Shown in pieces: positions 38,986 to 48,578 of a DNA stretch of 64,000 bases. Numbering within the stretch: the first letter of the stretch is position 1; each line of letters opens with the position of its first letter. Source of the stretch: an uncultured Clostridium sp. (GTDB taxonomy: Bacteria; Bacillota; Clostridia; TANB77; CAG-508); contig USFW01000003.1 in NCBI GenBank assembly GCA_900553985.1, positions 31,492-95,491 on the forward strand. Direction: 5' to 3'. The translations under genes and the position numbers were made by a program. The notes beneath the pieces are model-generated. The model did not search any database and was not told where the DNA came from. It worked only from the letters and a program-made list of their open reading frames with translations.

Positions 38986-39519
38986 ATGGGAGATTCATTG
39001 ATAACAATAATTGCAATAATTTTAGCAGCAGTTTTAATGTTTGTATTTCCATTAATGACTATGTCGGATAGAACAGATGATGTTACACAACTAGCAGTAA
39101 AAACAGCTACAACTGATTTTGTAGACACAGTAAGAACAACAGGAAAATTAACATCAGATAATTACAGTAAATTCGTAGAAAGTATTAATTCAACAGGAAA
39201 TACATATGATGTAGAAATGGAAGTAAAAGTTCTAGATGAAAATCCAGGAAAGAAAACATCACAAACAGCAACAGAAAAAATAGGTGAAAATGTATATTAT
39301 TCAATGTATACATCACAAATTCTAGAAGCATTAGGAAAAAATAATAATAATGCAGTATTAGCACTTAAAGAAGGTGATTATTTCATAGCAAGTGTAAAAA
39401 ACACTAATACAACATTATCACAACAACTAAAGAACTTTTTCTATACAGTAACAGGAAACGACACTTATACTATTGCAGCATCACATGGAGGAATAGTATC
39501 AACTAATGGAGTAAAATAA
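38986..39519 (+). CDS. N-terminally anchored pseudopilin-like protein (TadE-like position)
   Basis: MGDSLITIIAIILAAVLMFVFPLMTM hydrophobic N-terminus followed by a beta-rich domain. Confidence 0.5.
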   Translation: MGDSLITIIAIILAAVLMFVFPLMTMSDRTDDVTQLAVKTATTDFVDTVRTTGKLTSDNYSKFVESINSTGNTYDVEMEVKVLDENPGKKTSQTATEKIGENVYYSMYTSQILEALGKNNNNAVLALKEGDYFIASVKNTNTTLSQQLKNFFYTVTGNDTYTIAASHGGIVSTNGVK

Positions 39520-39539
39520 TGCTAGAAAAATAGAATTTT

Positions 39540-39571
39540 AAGGGGCGTCATATAAAATTACGTCCTTTTTT
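39540..39571 (+). terminator. internal terminator in the pilus locus
   Basis: AAGGGGCGT / ACGTCCTTT stem (with G-U pairs) and a T-run. Confidence 0.5.
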
Positions 39572-39604
39572 CAAATTTTAAATATAAACGAAGGAAATAA
39601 ATTT

Positions 39605-41224
39605 ATGAAAATACAATATTTAGCAGTAATTTTTATAATCATAATATTACCAATATCACTAATATTATCAGCCTATACTCAAAATCATATATCAACATTA
39701 AATTTACAAGAACTATATGATTCAAAACTTGATACAGCAACATACGATGCGGTAAAAGCTTTTCAATTAAATACTATAAATAATAGTACATCAGACATAC
39801 AAAATTCAAAAATTAGAGATATAGAAGCAGCAGTAAATACTTTTTTCAATTCAATAGCATCTAATTTTAATATGGTAGGATACAATAGTGATGTATTAAA
39901 TAAATATGTACCAGCATTAGTATTTACAATGTATGATGGTATATATATATATACATCATACACAAACGATTTAAGTGATGTTAAACAAGGCGAAAACTCA
40001 ACATATAAAGATGGAGAAAACTTAGCTGGATTAAAACCATATATTTTTTATAGTTGTAGGTATAAAACAGGTGCAACTGATGTAGTAATAACATATTCCT
40101 TAGACAATTACATACAAATTGATGGAAAAGTTAACAGTGAATATATTCATAAAGATGGATATTTATATAATCCAAGTGACATTCAAATAAATGGAAACAA
40201 TGTAACATATAGAGGAATACCAATAAACCAAGAAGAAGCATTAAAAGAAATATTACCAGATGGAAATGAATATACATATTTAAAATTAAATGGAGTAAAA
40301 TACTATAAAGATATAAATTCAGATAAATGGTTTTCTATATTAAATGGACAAAAAAAGCTACAAGGAAAATTTTCATCAAAATATGAAACTACAAATGACT
40401 TAGCAATAAAATTCTTTAAAGAAGCCAAAGAATTTAGCGATTGGTTCTATAATCAATCAGGACTTAGTGATTTAAAAGCTTCAAATGCAGTAGATGAAAA
40501 GGGACAACCACTAAAAAAATTAGTGGATGAGAGAACTTCAGTAGTGTATGAATTCGCATCAAATCAAAGAATTTTTGATAATAGTGGACATATAGAAGAT
40601 CCAGCTTCACAATTTAATAACCACAGATTGGCAGTAATAAGATATACAATAGAAAAAAATCTATCAATAGCAATAGCAAACTACAATAACTTTACACAAG
40701 GAGCATCGATAAATTTTCAAATGCCAAATTTAACAGAAGAAGAATGGGCACAAATAATGAATAATATGTCAATGATAAGCTTTTTGGAAGGTTTAAGTAT
40801 TGGTGGTAAAGTTTATAATGGATATTCAATTATAAATAATAACAAAAATCAAGAAGTTGTATCAGAAAATTCAATATATATTGTAGGAAATGATAATAAT
40901 TATCATATGGTAACAGATAAAGATTTAGTAACTATGATTACACCAGAAGTAGGTTATTTAAACATAGACTTTGAGAGAAAAAGTATAATAGGAATAGAAG
41001 ATACTACAAAATATTATTATCCAAGAAGAGAATTGGGATGCTATGGAAGCATAGTTGCTCATACTAATTTAGATGTAGAATCTGATAGTATATATGAATA
41101 TTTAGGAAAATCTACTAATAATAAAGTAGCAAGTGTATATTATACGGCTTTGGCAAGAGAAAGATATAGTAGCTATAAGGCAAGTAGGACATATGATACT
41201 TATACAGAGCAATTTAAGGAATAA
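39605..41224 (+). CDS. large N-terminally anchored protein (539 aa), pilus-associated or tip candidate
   Basis: MKIQYLAVIFIIIILPISLILSAY anchor followed by about 510 aa of extracytoplasmic sequence. Last gene of the cluster. Confidence 0.5.
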   Translation: MKIQYLAVIFIIIILPISLILSAYTQNHISTLNLQELYDSKLDTATYDAVKAFQLNTINNSTSDIQNSKIRDIEAAVNTFFNSIASNFNMVGYNSDVLNKYVPALVFTMYDGIYIYTSYTNDLSDVKQGENSTYKDGENLAGLKPYIFYSCRYKTGATDVVITYSLDNYIQIDGKVNSEYIHKDGYLYNPSDIQINGNNVTYRGIPINQEEALKEILPDGNEYTYLKLNGVKYYKDINSDKWFSILNGQKKLQGKFSSKYETTNDLAIKFFKEAKEFSDWFYNQSGLSDLKASNAVDEKGQPLKKLVDERTSVVYEFASNQRIFDNSGHIEDPASQFNNHRLAVIRYTIEKNLSIAIANYNNFTQGASINFQMPNLTEEEWAQIMNNMSMISFLEGLSIGGKVYNGYSIINNNKNQEVVSENSIYIVGNDNNYHMVTDKDLVTMITPEVGYLNIDFERKSIIGIEDTTKYYYPRRELGCYGSIVAHTNLDVESDSIYEYLGKSTNNKVASVYYTALARERYSSYKASRTYDTYTEQFKE

Positions 41225-41360
41225 TAATTGTGCTTGCTTATACTATATTTCAAATATAATTTATTATTAAACTGGTAATTATAATATAAAAAATGATAAG
41301 GTATAATATAAAATAAAAAGTTAATAATATTAAAGAGAACTTAAAAAAAAGGAGAAAAAA

Positions 41361-42591
41361 ATGCAAAAGAAAACAAAATCTTTAATATTATTGACTTTTT
41401 TAATTATAATATACATGTATACATTAGTGATAACATCAATACCAGGTAAAATGGTAGTATTTGAGGGAGAAGAAATAAACATAAAAACATTATTAGGACT
41501 GAATTTAATGGAAAAAAACGATAGCATGGAAGTATCATCAAATGTAAATAATCAGAAAATAAATGAAGTAGGAGTAAAAAAGCTTACATTAAATTTGTTT
41601 GAAAAATTACCATTAAAATCCATAAATGTATCAGTATTGCCAAGAACTAAAGTAATACCGGTTGGAAACATTGCAGGAGTAAAACTATATACAAGTGGAG
41701 TTTTGGTGGTAGGAATGTCTGAAATAGAAGGGAAAGATAATAAAATATATAAGCCATATGAAAATACAGGAATAAAAGAAGGAGATACAATAACTAAAAT
41801 AAATAATAAATATATATCTTCAACTGATGATCTAATAGATAATGTAAATAAATCAAATGGAGATACAATTGAAGTAACATATATTCAAAATGAACAAACA
41901 AAAGAATGTAGTATAACCCCAGTAAAAACTGATGAAGATGAATATAAAATTGGACTTTGGGTAAGAGATAGTGCAGCAGGAGTGGGAACAGTAACATTTT
42001 ATGAACCTGATACAAAAACATTTGGAGCACTAGGACATGGGATAGCAGATATAGATACAGGTGAGTTATTAAATATAGCATCAGGAGAGTTTGTAACGAC
42101 TAGAGTTTTAAATATAACAAAAGGAGAAAAAGGAAATCCAGGGAAAATTCAGGGAACAATTGAAAATCAACAAACAATAGGAGAAATATCAAAAAATACA
42201 GGTTTTGGGATATATGGCAAAGTAGATAATATATCAAGTTTAGATATAGATGCATCCAAAGAAATGGAAGTAGCATTAAGAGATGAAATAAAATTAGGAA
42301 AGGCAAAGATACTATGTAACTTAGATAATAAAAATGTACAAGAGTATGAAATAGAAATAAAGAAAATATATAAGGAAAATAATTATAATAACAAAAGCAT
42401 GGAAATAGAAATAACAGATGAAAGGCTAATAAACAAAACAGGAGGAATAATACAAGGAATGAGCCGGATCACCAATAATTCAAAATGGAAAATTTGTAGG
42501 TGCAGTAACACATGTATTAGTTAATAATCCAAAAGAAGGATATGCTGTGTTTGGAGATTTAATGCTAAAACAAACAAAAGAAATAAAATGA
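41361..42591 (+). pseudogene. spoIVB: SpoIVB peptidase (S55) interrupted by a 1-nt frameshift at the catalytic-Ser motif
   Basis: PDZ plus S55 domains. The frame breaks after GGIIQGMS (extra C at 42464/42465 in AGCCGGA). The +1 frame continues [34 protein letters not shown] to the TGA at 42589-42591. This matches the conserved GMSGSPI...GAVTHV region. Confidence 0.85.
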
Positions 42592-42706
42592 TTTTGGGGT
42601 CGGAGACAAAAATCATGTAAGAATTTGAAAAAGATAATAATAATAAATTTTTAAATAAAAAATGGGGTATCAGAGATGCTGATTTTTGTCTCCGACCCCA
42701 AAATCA
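42589..42706. repeat. 27-bp perfect inverted repeat between convergent spoIVB and murC
   Basis: TGATTTTGGGGTCGGAGACAAAAATCA occupies 42589-42615. Its exact reverse complement occupies 42680-42706. Loop of 64 nt. The arms abut both stop codons. Confidence 0.9.
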
Positions 42707-44089
42707 TTATTTAATTAACAGAGTTCCAATATCAGTCACAGTACCAGCTCCTAAAGTCATAACAATATCATTTTCTTTAACATTATCTTTAATATACTTT
42801 ACACATTCGTCAAAATCAGGAATATATAAAGCTTTTTTACCAAGAGAATTAATTTTATCAACTAAATCTTTAGAAGATATACCATAAGTATTAGTTTCTC
42901 TTGCTGCATAGATATCTAAAACAATAATATTATCAAAATTTAGTAAAGCTTTTGCAAAATCATTTAATAAATTTTTTGTTCTGCTATAAGTATGAGGTTG
43001 GAAAATAACCCAAGACTTATTATATTTTTTATTCATTAAAGATTTAGCTGTTGCAATAATTTCAGTAGGATGATGACCATAATCATCATATACACTTGCT
43101 ATTCCATTTACTTTTCCTTTAAATTCAAATCTTCTATGAGCACCAGTGAATTTTAATAATCCTTTTTTAATAGATTGATTATCAATACCATATGCATTGC
43201 AAAGAGCAATACAAGCCAAAGCATTTAAAACATTGTGCATTCCAGGAACCGATAACTTAATTCTTTCAAAAAATTCATCATTATGATATACATCAAATTC
43301 AGCAAAACCATCATTGTCAAAAACAATATTTACAGCAAAGAAATTTGTATTTTTATTAGTAATACCATAAGTAACAACTTTTGAAGAGGTATATTGACGT
43401 AAATCTAAACAATTATTATCATCACCATTTAAAATTAGTAGACCATCATCAGGTAGGAGTTTTACATATTTTACAAAAGCATTTTTTATGTTTTCAAAAG
43501 TTTTGAAATAATCTAAATGGTCATTATCAATATTTAAAATAATTTCAGCTTTAGGGAGGAATTTTAGGAAACTTTCAACATATTCACAAGCTTCAATTAT
43601 AAAATACTCACTATTTCCTACTCTATAATTACCATCAAGTTGTTTTAAATAAGCACCAACTTGAATACTAGGGTCTTTCATAGCTTCAACAAAGCAAAGA
43701 GAAATCATAGAAGTAGTAGTTGTTTTTCCATGAGTACCAGAAACACAAATAGTATCTTTATAACATTTTGTTAGTTCTCCTAAAAAATCAGCTCTTTCAA
43801 TAGTTGGAATATTATTTTCCTTAGCAATTACCATTTCAGGATCATCTTGCCTAATTGCAGCAGAATAAACAACTACATCTGAATTTTTAACATCTTCACT
43901 ATTATGTCCAATAGTTACTTTAATTCCTTTTTTAGTTAAAGTTTCAACAGTTTCAGAATTATAACAATCAGAACCAGTAATGTTAAAGCCCCAATTAAGT
44001 AAAATTTCAGCAATTCCACTCATACTAACCCCACCGATTCCAATCATATGTATATTTTTATATTTTTTTATATTATCTATATTAGGCAT
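42707..44089 (-). CDS. murC: UDP-N-acetylmuramate--L-alanine ligase
   Basis: IHMIGIGGVSMSGIAEIL Rossmann N-terminus and GTHGKTTTTSM P-loop. Mur ligase middle and C-terminal domains. Confidence 0.95.
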   Translation of the reverse strand: MPNIDNIKKYKNIHMIGIGGVSMSGIAEILLNWGFNITGSDCYNSETVETLTKKGIKVTIGHNSEDVKNSDVVVYSAAIRQDDPEMVIAKENNIPTIERADFLGELTKCYKDTICVSGTHGKTTTTSMISLCFVEAMKDPSIQVGAYLKQLDGNYRVGNSEYFIIEACEYVESFLKFLPKAEIILNIDNDHLDYFKTFENIKNAFVKYVKLLPDDGLLILNGDDNNCLDLRQYTSSKVVTYGITNKNTNFFAVNIVFDNDGFAEFDVYHNDEFFERIKLSVPGMHNVLNALACIALCNAYGIDNQSIKKGLLKFTGAHRRFEFKGKVNGIASVYDDYGHHPTEIIATAKSLMNKKYNKSWVIFQPHTYSRTKNLLNDFAKALLNFDNIIVLDIYAARETNTYGISSKDLVDKINSLGKKALYIPDFDECVKYIKDNVKENDIVMTLGAGTVTDIGTLLIK

Positions 44090-44266
44090 TAATCAACACT
44101 CCTTTTTAACAGATAGATTATACAATTTTATATGTAAAAATTCAATAGTTTAAAGGAAATTTCATTATATTGTATGTTATAAAATTTTATAAGTTACAAT
44201 TTTTAGTTTATCTATAATAAAATAGTTACATAGTAACAAATAAAATTTAAAAAATTGTAAAAAAAA

Positions 44267-44330
44267 GAAGGAAAAAGATTTTTTATGAAGAATAATATAA
44301 TTGTACATAAGATATAAATAATATGTACAA
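44267..44330 (+). promoter_or_regulatory. sigma-H-type promoter of spoVG plus a downstream inverted repeat
   Basis: GAAGGAAAA (44267-44275), 11 nt, GAAGAATAA (44287-44295). This fits RNAGGAWWW-N11/12-RNNGAATWW. TTGTACATA (44301-44309) pairs with TATGTACAA (44322-44330). Confidence 0.5.
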
Positions 44331-44366
44331 AATATTTTTAAAACTTAAGGAAGGCAGGTGCACAAA

Positions 44367-44639
44367 ATGCAAATAACAGATGTACGTTTAAGAAAAGTTA
44401 ATTCAGAGAACAGAATGAAAGCTGTTGCTTCTGTAACATTCGATAATGAATTCGTAATTCACGATATCAAAGTTATCGAAAGCCAAAATGGATTATTTAT
44501 AGCTATGCCAAGTAGAAAAACTCCAAACGGAGAATTCAAAGATATAGCTCATCCAATCAATGCTGAAACTAGAGAGAAAATTCAAAAAGCTATATTAGAA
44601 GCTTATGAAGCTCCAGAAACAGAAGAATCAGCAGAATAA
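44367..44639 (+). CDS. spoVG: septation/sporulation regulator SpoVG
   Basis: [11 protein letters not shown]...[44 protein letters not shown] is canonical SpoVG. Confidence 0.95.
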   Translation: MQITDVRLRKVNSENRMKAVASVTFDNEFVIHDIKVIESQNGLFIAMPSRKTPNGEFKDIAHPINAETREKIQKAILEAYEAPETEESAE

Positions 44640-44653
44640 TTATAAATAAAAGA

Positions 44654-44693
44654 AACTGTCCTAAAATAAATATATTTATAGGACAGTTTTTTT
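44654..44693 (+). terminator. spoVG terminator
   Basis: AAACTGTCCTA / TAGGACAGTTT stem and a T-run. Confidence 0.7.
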
Positions 44694-44851
44694 GATCTAA
44701 TTTTCTTAGTTTTAAGTAATATAAATATAATTTTAAGTTATGTAAATGTTTTTTACTATAAAAGACTTGAAAAAAAGGCAAAAAACAGGTAAAATATAAA
44801 GGAATTTCAATAAAGAGATAAATTAAAAATTTAATAAAGGAATGATTTTAA

Positions 44852-45409
44852 ATGTACTTAATAGTAGGTTTAGGAAACCCAGAAGAAGAATATTCAAATA
44901 CAAGACATAATATGGGGTTTGATACAATTAATAAAATAGCAAAAGAATATAACATTGAAATAAATAAAAATAAATTTAAGGGGATATATGGAACAGAAAC
45001 GATAGAAAATGAAAAAGTTATTCTATTAAAACCACAAACATATATGAACTTAAGTGGAGATAGCATAATAGAGGCTATAAAATTTTATAAAATTGATATA
45101 AGTAAAATAATAGTAATATATGATGATATGGATGTAAAACCAGGGAAAATAAAGATAAGAAAGAAAGGTGGACCTGGTTCTCATAATGGAATGAAATCTG
45201 TAATAAGTTGTTTAGGAAGTCAAGACTTTTCAAGAATAAGAGTAGGAATTGGAACACCTGAACATAAAAACGATATGATAAATTATGTAATAGGAAAAGT
45301 TCCTAGTGAAGAATTGGAAAAGCTAGAGGAAGGAACAGAAATTGCAAAAGAAGCTGTTGTAGAAATAATAAAAAATGGAATAGATATTGCAATGAATAAA
45401 TTTAATTAA
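44852..45409 (+). CDS. pth: peptidyl-tRNA hydrolase
   Basis: MYLIVGLGNPEEEYSNTRHNMGF and GHNG motifs. Confidence 0.95.
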   Translation: MYLIVGLGNPEEEYSNTRHNMGFDTINKIAKEYNIEINKNKFKGIYGTETIENEKVILLKPQTYMNLSGDSIIEAIKFYKIDISKIIVIYDDMDVKPGKIKIRKKGGPGSHNGMKSVISCLGSQDFSRIRVGIGTPEHKNDMINYVIGKVPSEELEKLEEGTEIAKEAVVEIIKNGIDIAMNKFN

Positions 45410-45537
45410 AACATTTGTATAAAAAGAAAATAGAAATTTAACAATGTCAATGTAAATTATATTTCATTTAGATATAAAAAATGGTTTATAGGTAAAGCCA
45501 ATAAAAAAACCTAAATATATTATACAAGGAAAATAAA

Positions 45538-46725
45538 ATGCTAGAGTTAATGATAAAAAGAACATTAGAAAATAAAGAAATAGCACTTATAGAAGATGGA
45601 AAATTAATCGAATATTATATAGAAGAAAATAAAGACGAAAGAAAAGAAGGAAATATATATATTGGTATAGTAAAAGACATAGTAAAAGGAATGCAGGCTG
45701 CTTTTGTCGATATAGGTACAGAGAAAAATAGTTTTATACATTTAGAAGATATAATGCCTCAAGTAGATAGAAAAGATGGAATTAAACAAAATAAAAAACG
45801 AGACATTAATGAAATTGTAAAAAGAGATCAAAAATTATTAGTACAAGTAAAAAAAGATAGTAATGACAAAAAAGGTGCAAGAATATCAACACATATAAAT
45901 TTACCGAGTAAATATATAGTATTAATGCCGAATACAAATATAATAACAATATCACAAAAAATCGAAGATAAAAAAGAACAAGAAAGACTATTAAAGATAG
46001 TAAAAGAAAATATTTCAGAAGGAAATGGAGCAGTTATTAGAACATCAGCAGAAGGAAAAGATAAAGAACTAATAGAAGATATAAAATATATTGAGACTAA
46101 ATGGGAAGATATAATATCAACAAATATCGACATAAATAAAAATAAAGCACAACTATTATATACAAGCCAAGATATAGTAGAAAAAATGTTATTAGATTTA
46201 GTGGAGAAAAAATTAGAAAAAATTACGGTATGTGATAATAGAGATTATAATACAGTAATTAGAATGAAAAAAGAAAATGCTGAATATAAAAACATACAAG
46301 TTGCTATAAAAGGTGAGGATTCAATATTTAAAACATATGATTTAGAAAAACAAATTGAAAAAAGTAAAAATAGAAAGATATGGCTAAAATGTGGAGGTTT
46401 TATCACAATAGACAAAACTGAAGCTTTGACTGCAATAGATGTAAATACTGGAAAGTATACTGGAAAAGATAATGTAAGTGATACAGTATATAAAGTAAAT
46501 GAAGAAGCAACAAAAGAAATTGCAAAACAATTAAGATTAAGAGATATTGGTGGAATAATAATAATTGATTATATAGACATGAAGAATGAAGAAAATAAAC
46601 AAAAAATAGAGGAATTATTAAAGCAAGAATTGAAAAAAGATAGAACAAAGACACAAGTTGAAGGATTTTCTAGATTAGAATTAATGGAATTAACAAGGAA
46701 ACATATTTGTAGTCATAAAAATTAG
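45538..46725 (+). CDS. rng: ribonuclease G/E-family endoribonuclease (short form)
   Basis: S1 domain (GNIYIGIVKDIVKGMQAAFVDIG), DNase I-like core (ALTAIDVNTGKY) and LMELTRK near the C-terminus. Confidence 0.85.
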   Translation: MLELMIKRTLENKEIALIEDGKLIEYYIEENKDERKEGNIYIGIVKDIVKGMQAAFVDIGTEKNSFIHLEDIMPQVDRKDGIKQNKKRDINEIVKRDQKLLVQVKKDSNDKKGARISTHINLPSKYIVLMPNTNIITISQKIEDKKEQERLLKIVKENISEGNGAVIRTSAEGKDKELIEDIKYIETKWEDIISTNIDINKNKAQLLYTSQDIVEKMLLDLVEKKLEKITVCDNRDYNTVIRMKKENAEYKNIQVAIKGEDSIFKTYDLEKQIEKSKNRKIWLKCGGFITIDKTEALTAIDVNTGKYTGKDNVSDTVYKVNEEATKEIAKQLRLRDIGGIIIIDYIDMKNEENKQKIEELLKQELKKDRTKTQVEGFSRLELMELTRKHICSHKN

Positions 46726-46895
46726 AAATATACAAAATAGATTTAATATATAAAAGAATACTTATTTTATATGGTGTTCTGGTATATGTAAAAGCAGATA
46801 GTTATTATGATAATGCTATATAAAGACAAAGAAAATAAATTTCAAAATAGAGTTTGATTATATTTGTGCAAAAAGAGAAAGGAATTAAAGTAAAA

Positions 46896-48263
46896 ATGAA
46901 CGTAGGTTTTATATCTTTAGGATGTAGTAAAAATTTAATAGATACAGAAGCAACAATTGGTATTTTTAAAGAACATAAATTTAATATAGTAAATGATGAA
47001 GAAAAAGCAGATATTTTAGTAATAAATACATGTGGTTTTATAGAATCAGCTAAAGAAGAAGCAATAAATACAATATTAGAAATGGCAGAATATAAAAATA
47101 AAAGATGTAAATATTTAATTGTAATGGGGTGTCTAGTACAAAGATATTATGAGGAATTGATAAAAGCAATTCCAGAAGTAGACTTGTTCTTGAAAATTGA
47201 TGAATATGATGAAATTTGGGAAAAGATAGAAGATTTAATAAAAAGAGATATTGTTCAAAAATCAAAAAAGAAAACAAGTAAGAAAATTTCTGAAATTCCT
47301 GCAATGCCAATGTTGAAACAAGAAGAATTTTTGAATAGGGTTATAACAACAGGTAAAAATTTTGCATATTTAAAAATAGGTGAAGGCTGTAGTAATAGAT
47401 GTACATATTGTGCAATTCCATATATTAGAGGTCCATTTATAAGTAGAAAAATGGAAGATATTTTAGAAGAGGCAAAAGGTTTAGCGAAAAATGGAATTAG
47501 AGAATTAATTGTAATAGCACAAGATACAACTAAATATGGAGAAGATATATATGGTGAAACAAAACTTGCTGAGTTATTACAAGAATTATCAAAAATAGAA
47601 GAAATAAAATGGATTAGATTTTTGTATTCTTATCCTGAAGGAATTACAGATGAGTTGATAGATGTTGTGGCAAGCAATTCTAAAATAGCAAAGTATTTTG
47701 ATATACCAATTCAACATATTTCAAACGATGTGCTTAAAAAAATGAATAGGAGAACTAATAAGGAACAGATAACTGGTTTGATAGAAAAAATAAGAAGTAA
47801 AATACCAGATGTGACTTTAAGGACGAGTTTAATTGTGGGATTTCCTGGGGAAACAGAGCAAAACTTTAAAGAATTACAAGAGTTCATAAAATTTGCTAGA
47901 TTTGATAAATTAGGTGCTTTTATGTATTCAAGGGAAGAGGGAACTCCTGCTGAGAAATTACCAAATCAAGTGCATGGGAATACAAAGAAGGCTAGATATA
48001 ATAGAATTATGCAAGAACAAAAGGAGATTTCAATATGTAACCAAGAGAAAAAGCTTGGAAAGAAACTTTCTGTTTTGGTAGAGGATATGTCTTTTGATGC
48101 TAATTATTTTGTTGGTAGAAGTTTTCAAGATGTTCCAGAGATAGATGGTGTTGTGTATATTAAGAATGAGGGGAATAGGAAACTTGAGGAAGTTTTGAAT
48201 AATTTTGTTGAGTGTGAAGTGGTAGAAGTTAGTGAGTATGATTTAATTGCAAAATTTATTTAA
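46896..48263 (+). CDS. rimO: ribosomal protein S12 methylthiotransferase RimO
   Basis: UPF0004 N-terminus (ISLGCSKNLIDTE), radical SAM CSNRCTYC and a TRAM C-terminus. Confidence 0.85.
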   Translation: MNVGFISLGCSKNLIDTEATIGIFKEHKFNIVNDEEKADILVINTCGFIESAKEEAINTILEMAEYKNKRCKYLIVMGCLVQRYYEELIKAIPEVDLFLKIDEYDEIWEKIEDLIKRDIVQKSKKKTSKKISEIPAMPMLKQEEFLNRVITTGKNFAYLKIGEGCSNRCTYCAIPYIRGPFISRKMEDILEEAKGLAKNGIRELIVIAQDTTKYGEDIYGETKLAELLQELSKIEEIKWIRFLYSYPEGITDELIDVVASNSKIAKYFDIPIQHISNDVLKKMNRRTNKEQITGLIEKIRSKIPDVTLRTSLIVGFPGETEQNFKELQEFIKFARFDKLGAFMYSREEGTPAEKLPNQVHGNTKKARYNRIMQEQKEISICNQEKKLGKKLSVLVEDMSFDANYFVGRSFQDVPEIDGVVYIKNEGNRKLEEVLNNFVECEVVEVSEYDLIAKFI

Positions 48264-48285
48264 GTGTGGTGCTTTTGAGGGGAAC

Positions 48286-48525
48286 GTTAAAATATAGCCG
48301 TTAGAAACTAGTAGTATAAATAATTTTTTTATATTAACGGCTTCTTTCATAATTTAAGAAATTCTATTGCAAAATTTTTGGTGCCCTTTCTGTGTTGGTC
48401 TCTTTTTGGAAAAGCGACCACACGAACATTACCCCAAAATTTTGCAAAGATTTTCTAAAATTATTCCAGTCACACATTAATATAAAAAAATTATTTACAC
48501 TACTACTTTCTAACTACTCTACAGT
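48286..48525 (+). repeat. foldback element, divergent fourth member
   Basis: Nested inverted repeats 48300-48338 / 48476-48514, 48351-48381 / 48433-48461 and 48391-48399 / 48415-48423, centred near 48407. Flanks and internal loops are homologous to copies 1-3, but the core differs. Confidence 0.85.
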
Positions 48526-48578
48526 GTTGAAAAAGTGCATTTTTTATGATTTAATATTGGAAGGATGGATGATGTGAT

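Noticed and set aside
48264-48578. A T-box leader was expected upstream of trpS.
   Set aside because: No GGUGGNACCGCG-like T-box sequence or specifier-loop architecture is present. The spacer is largely accounted for by the nested inverted repeats of the fourth foldback element.
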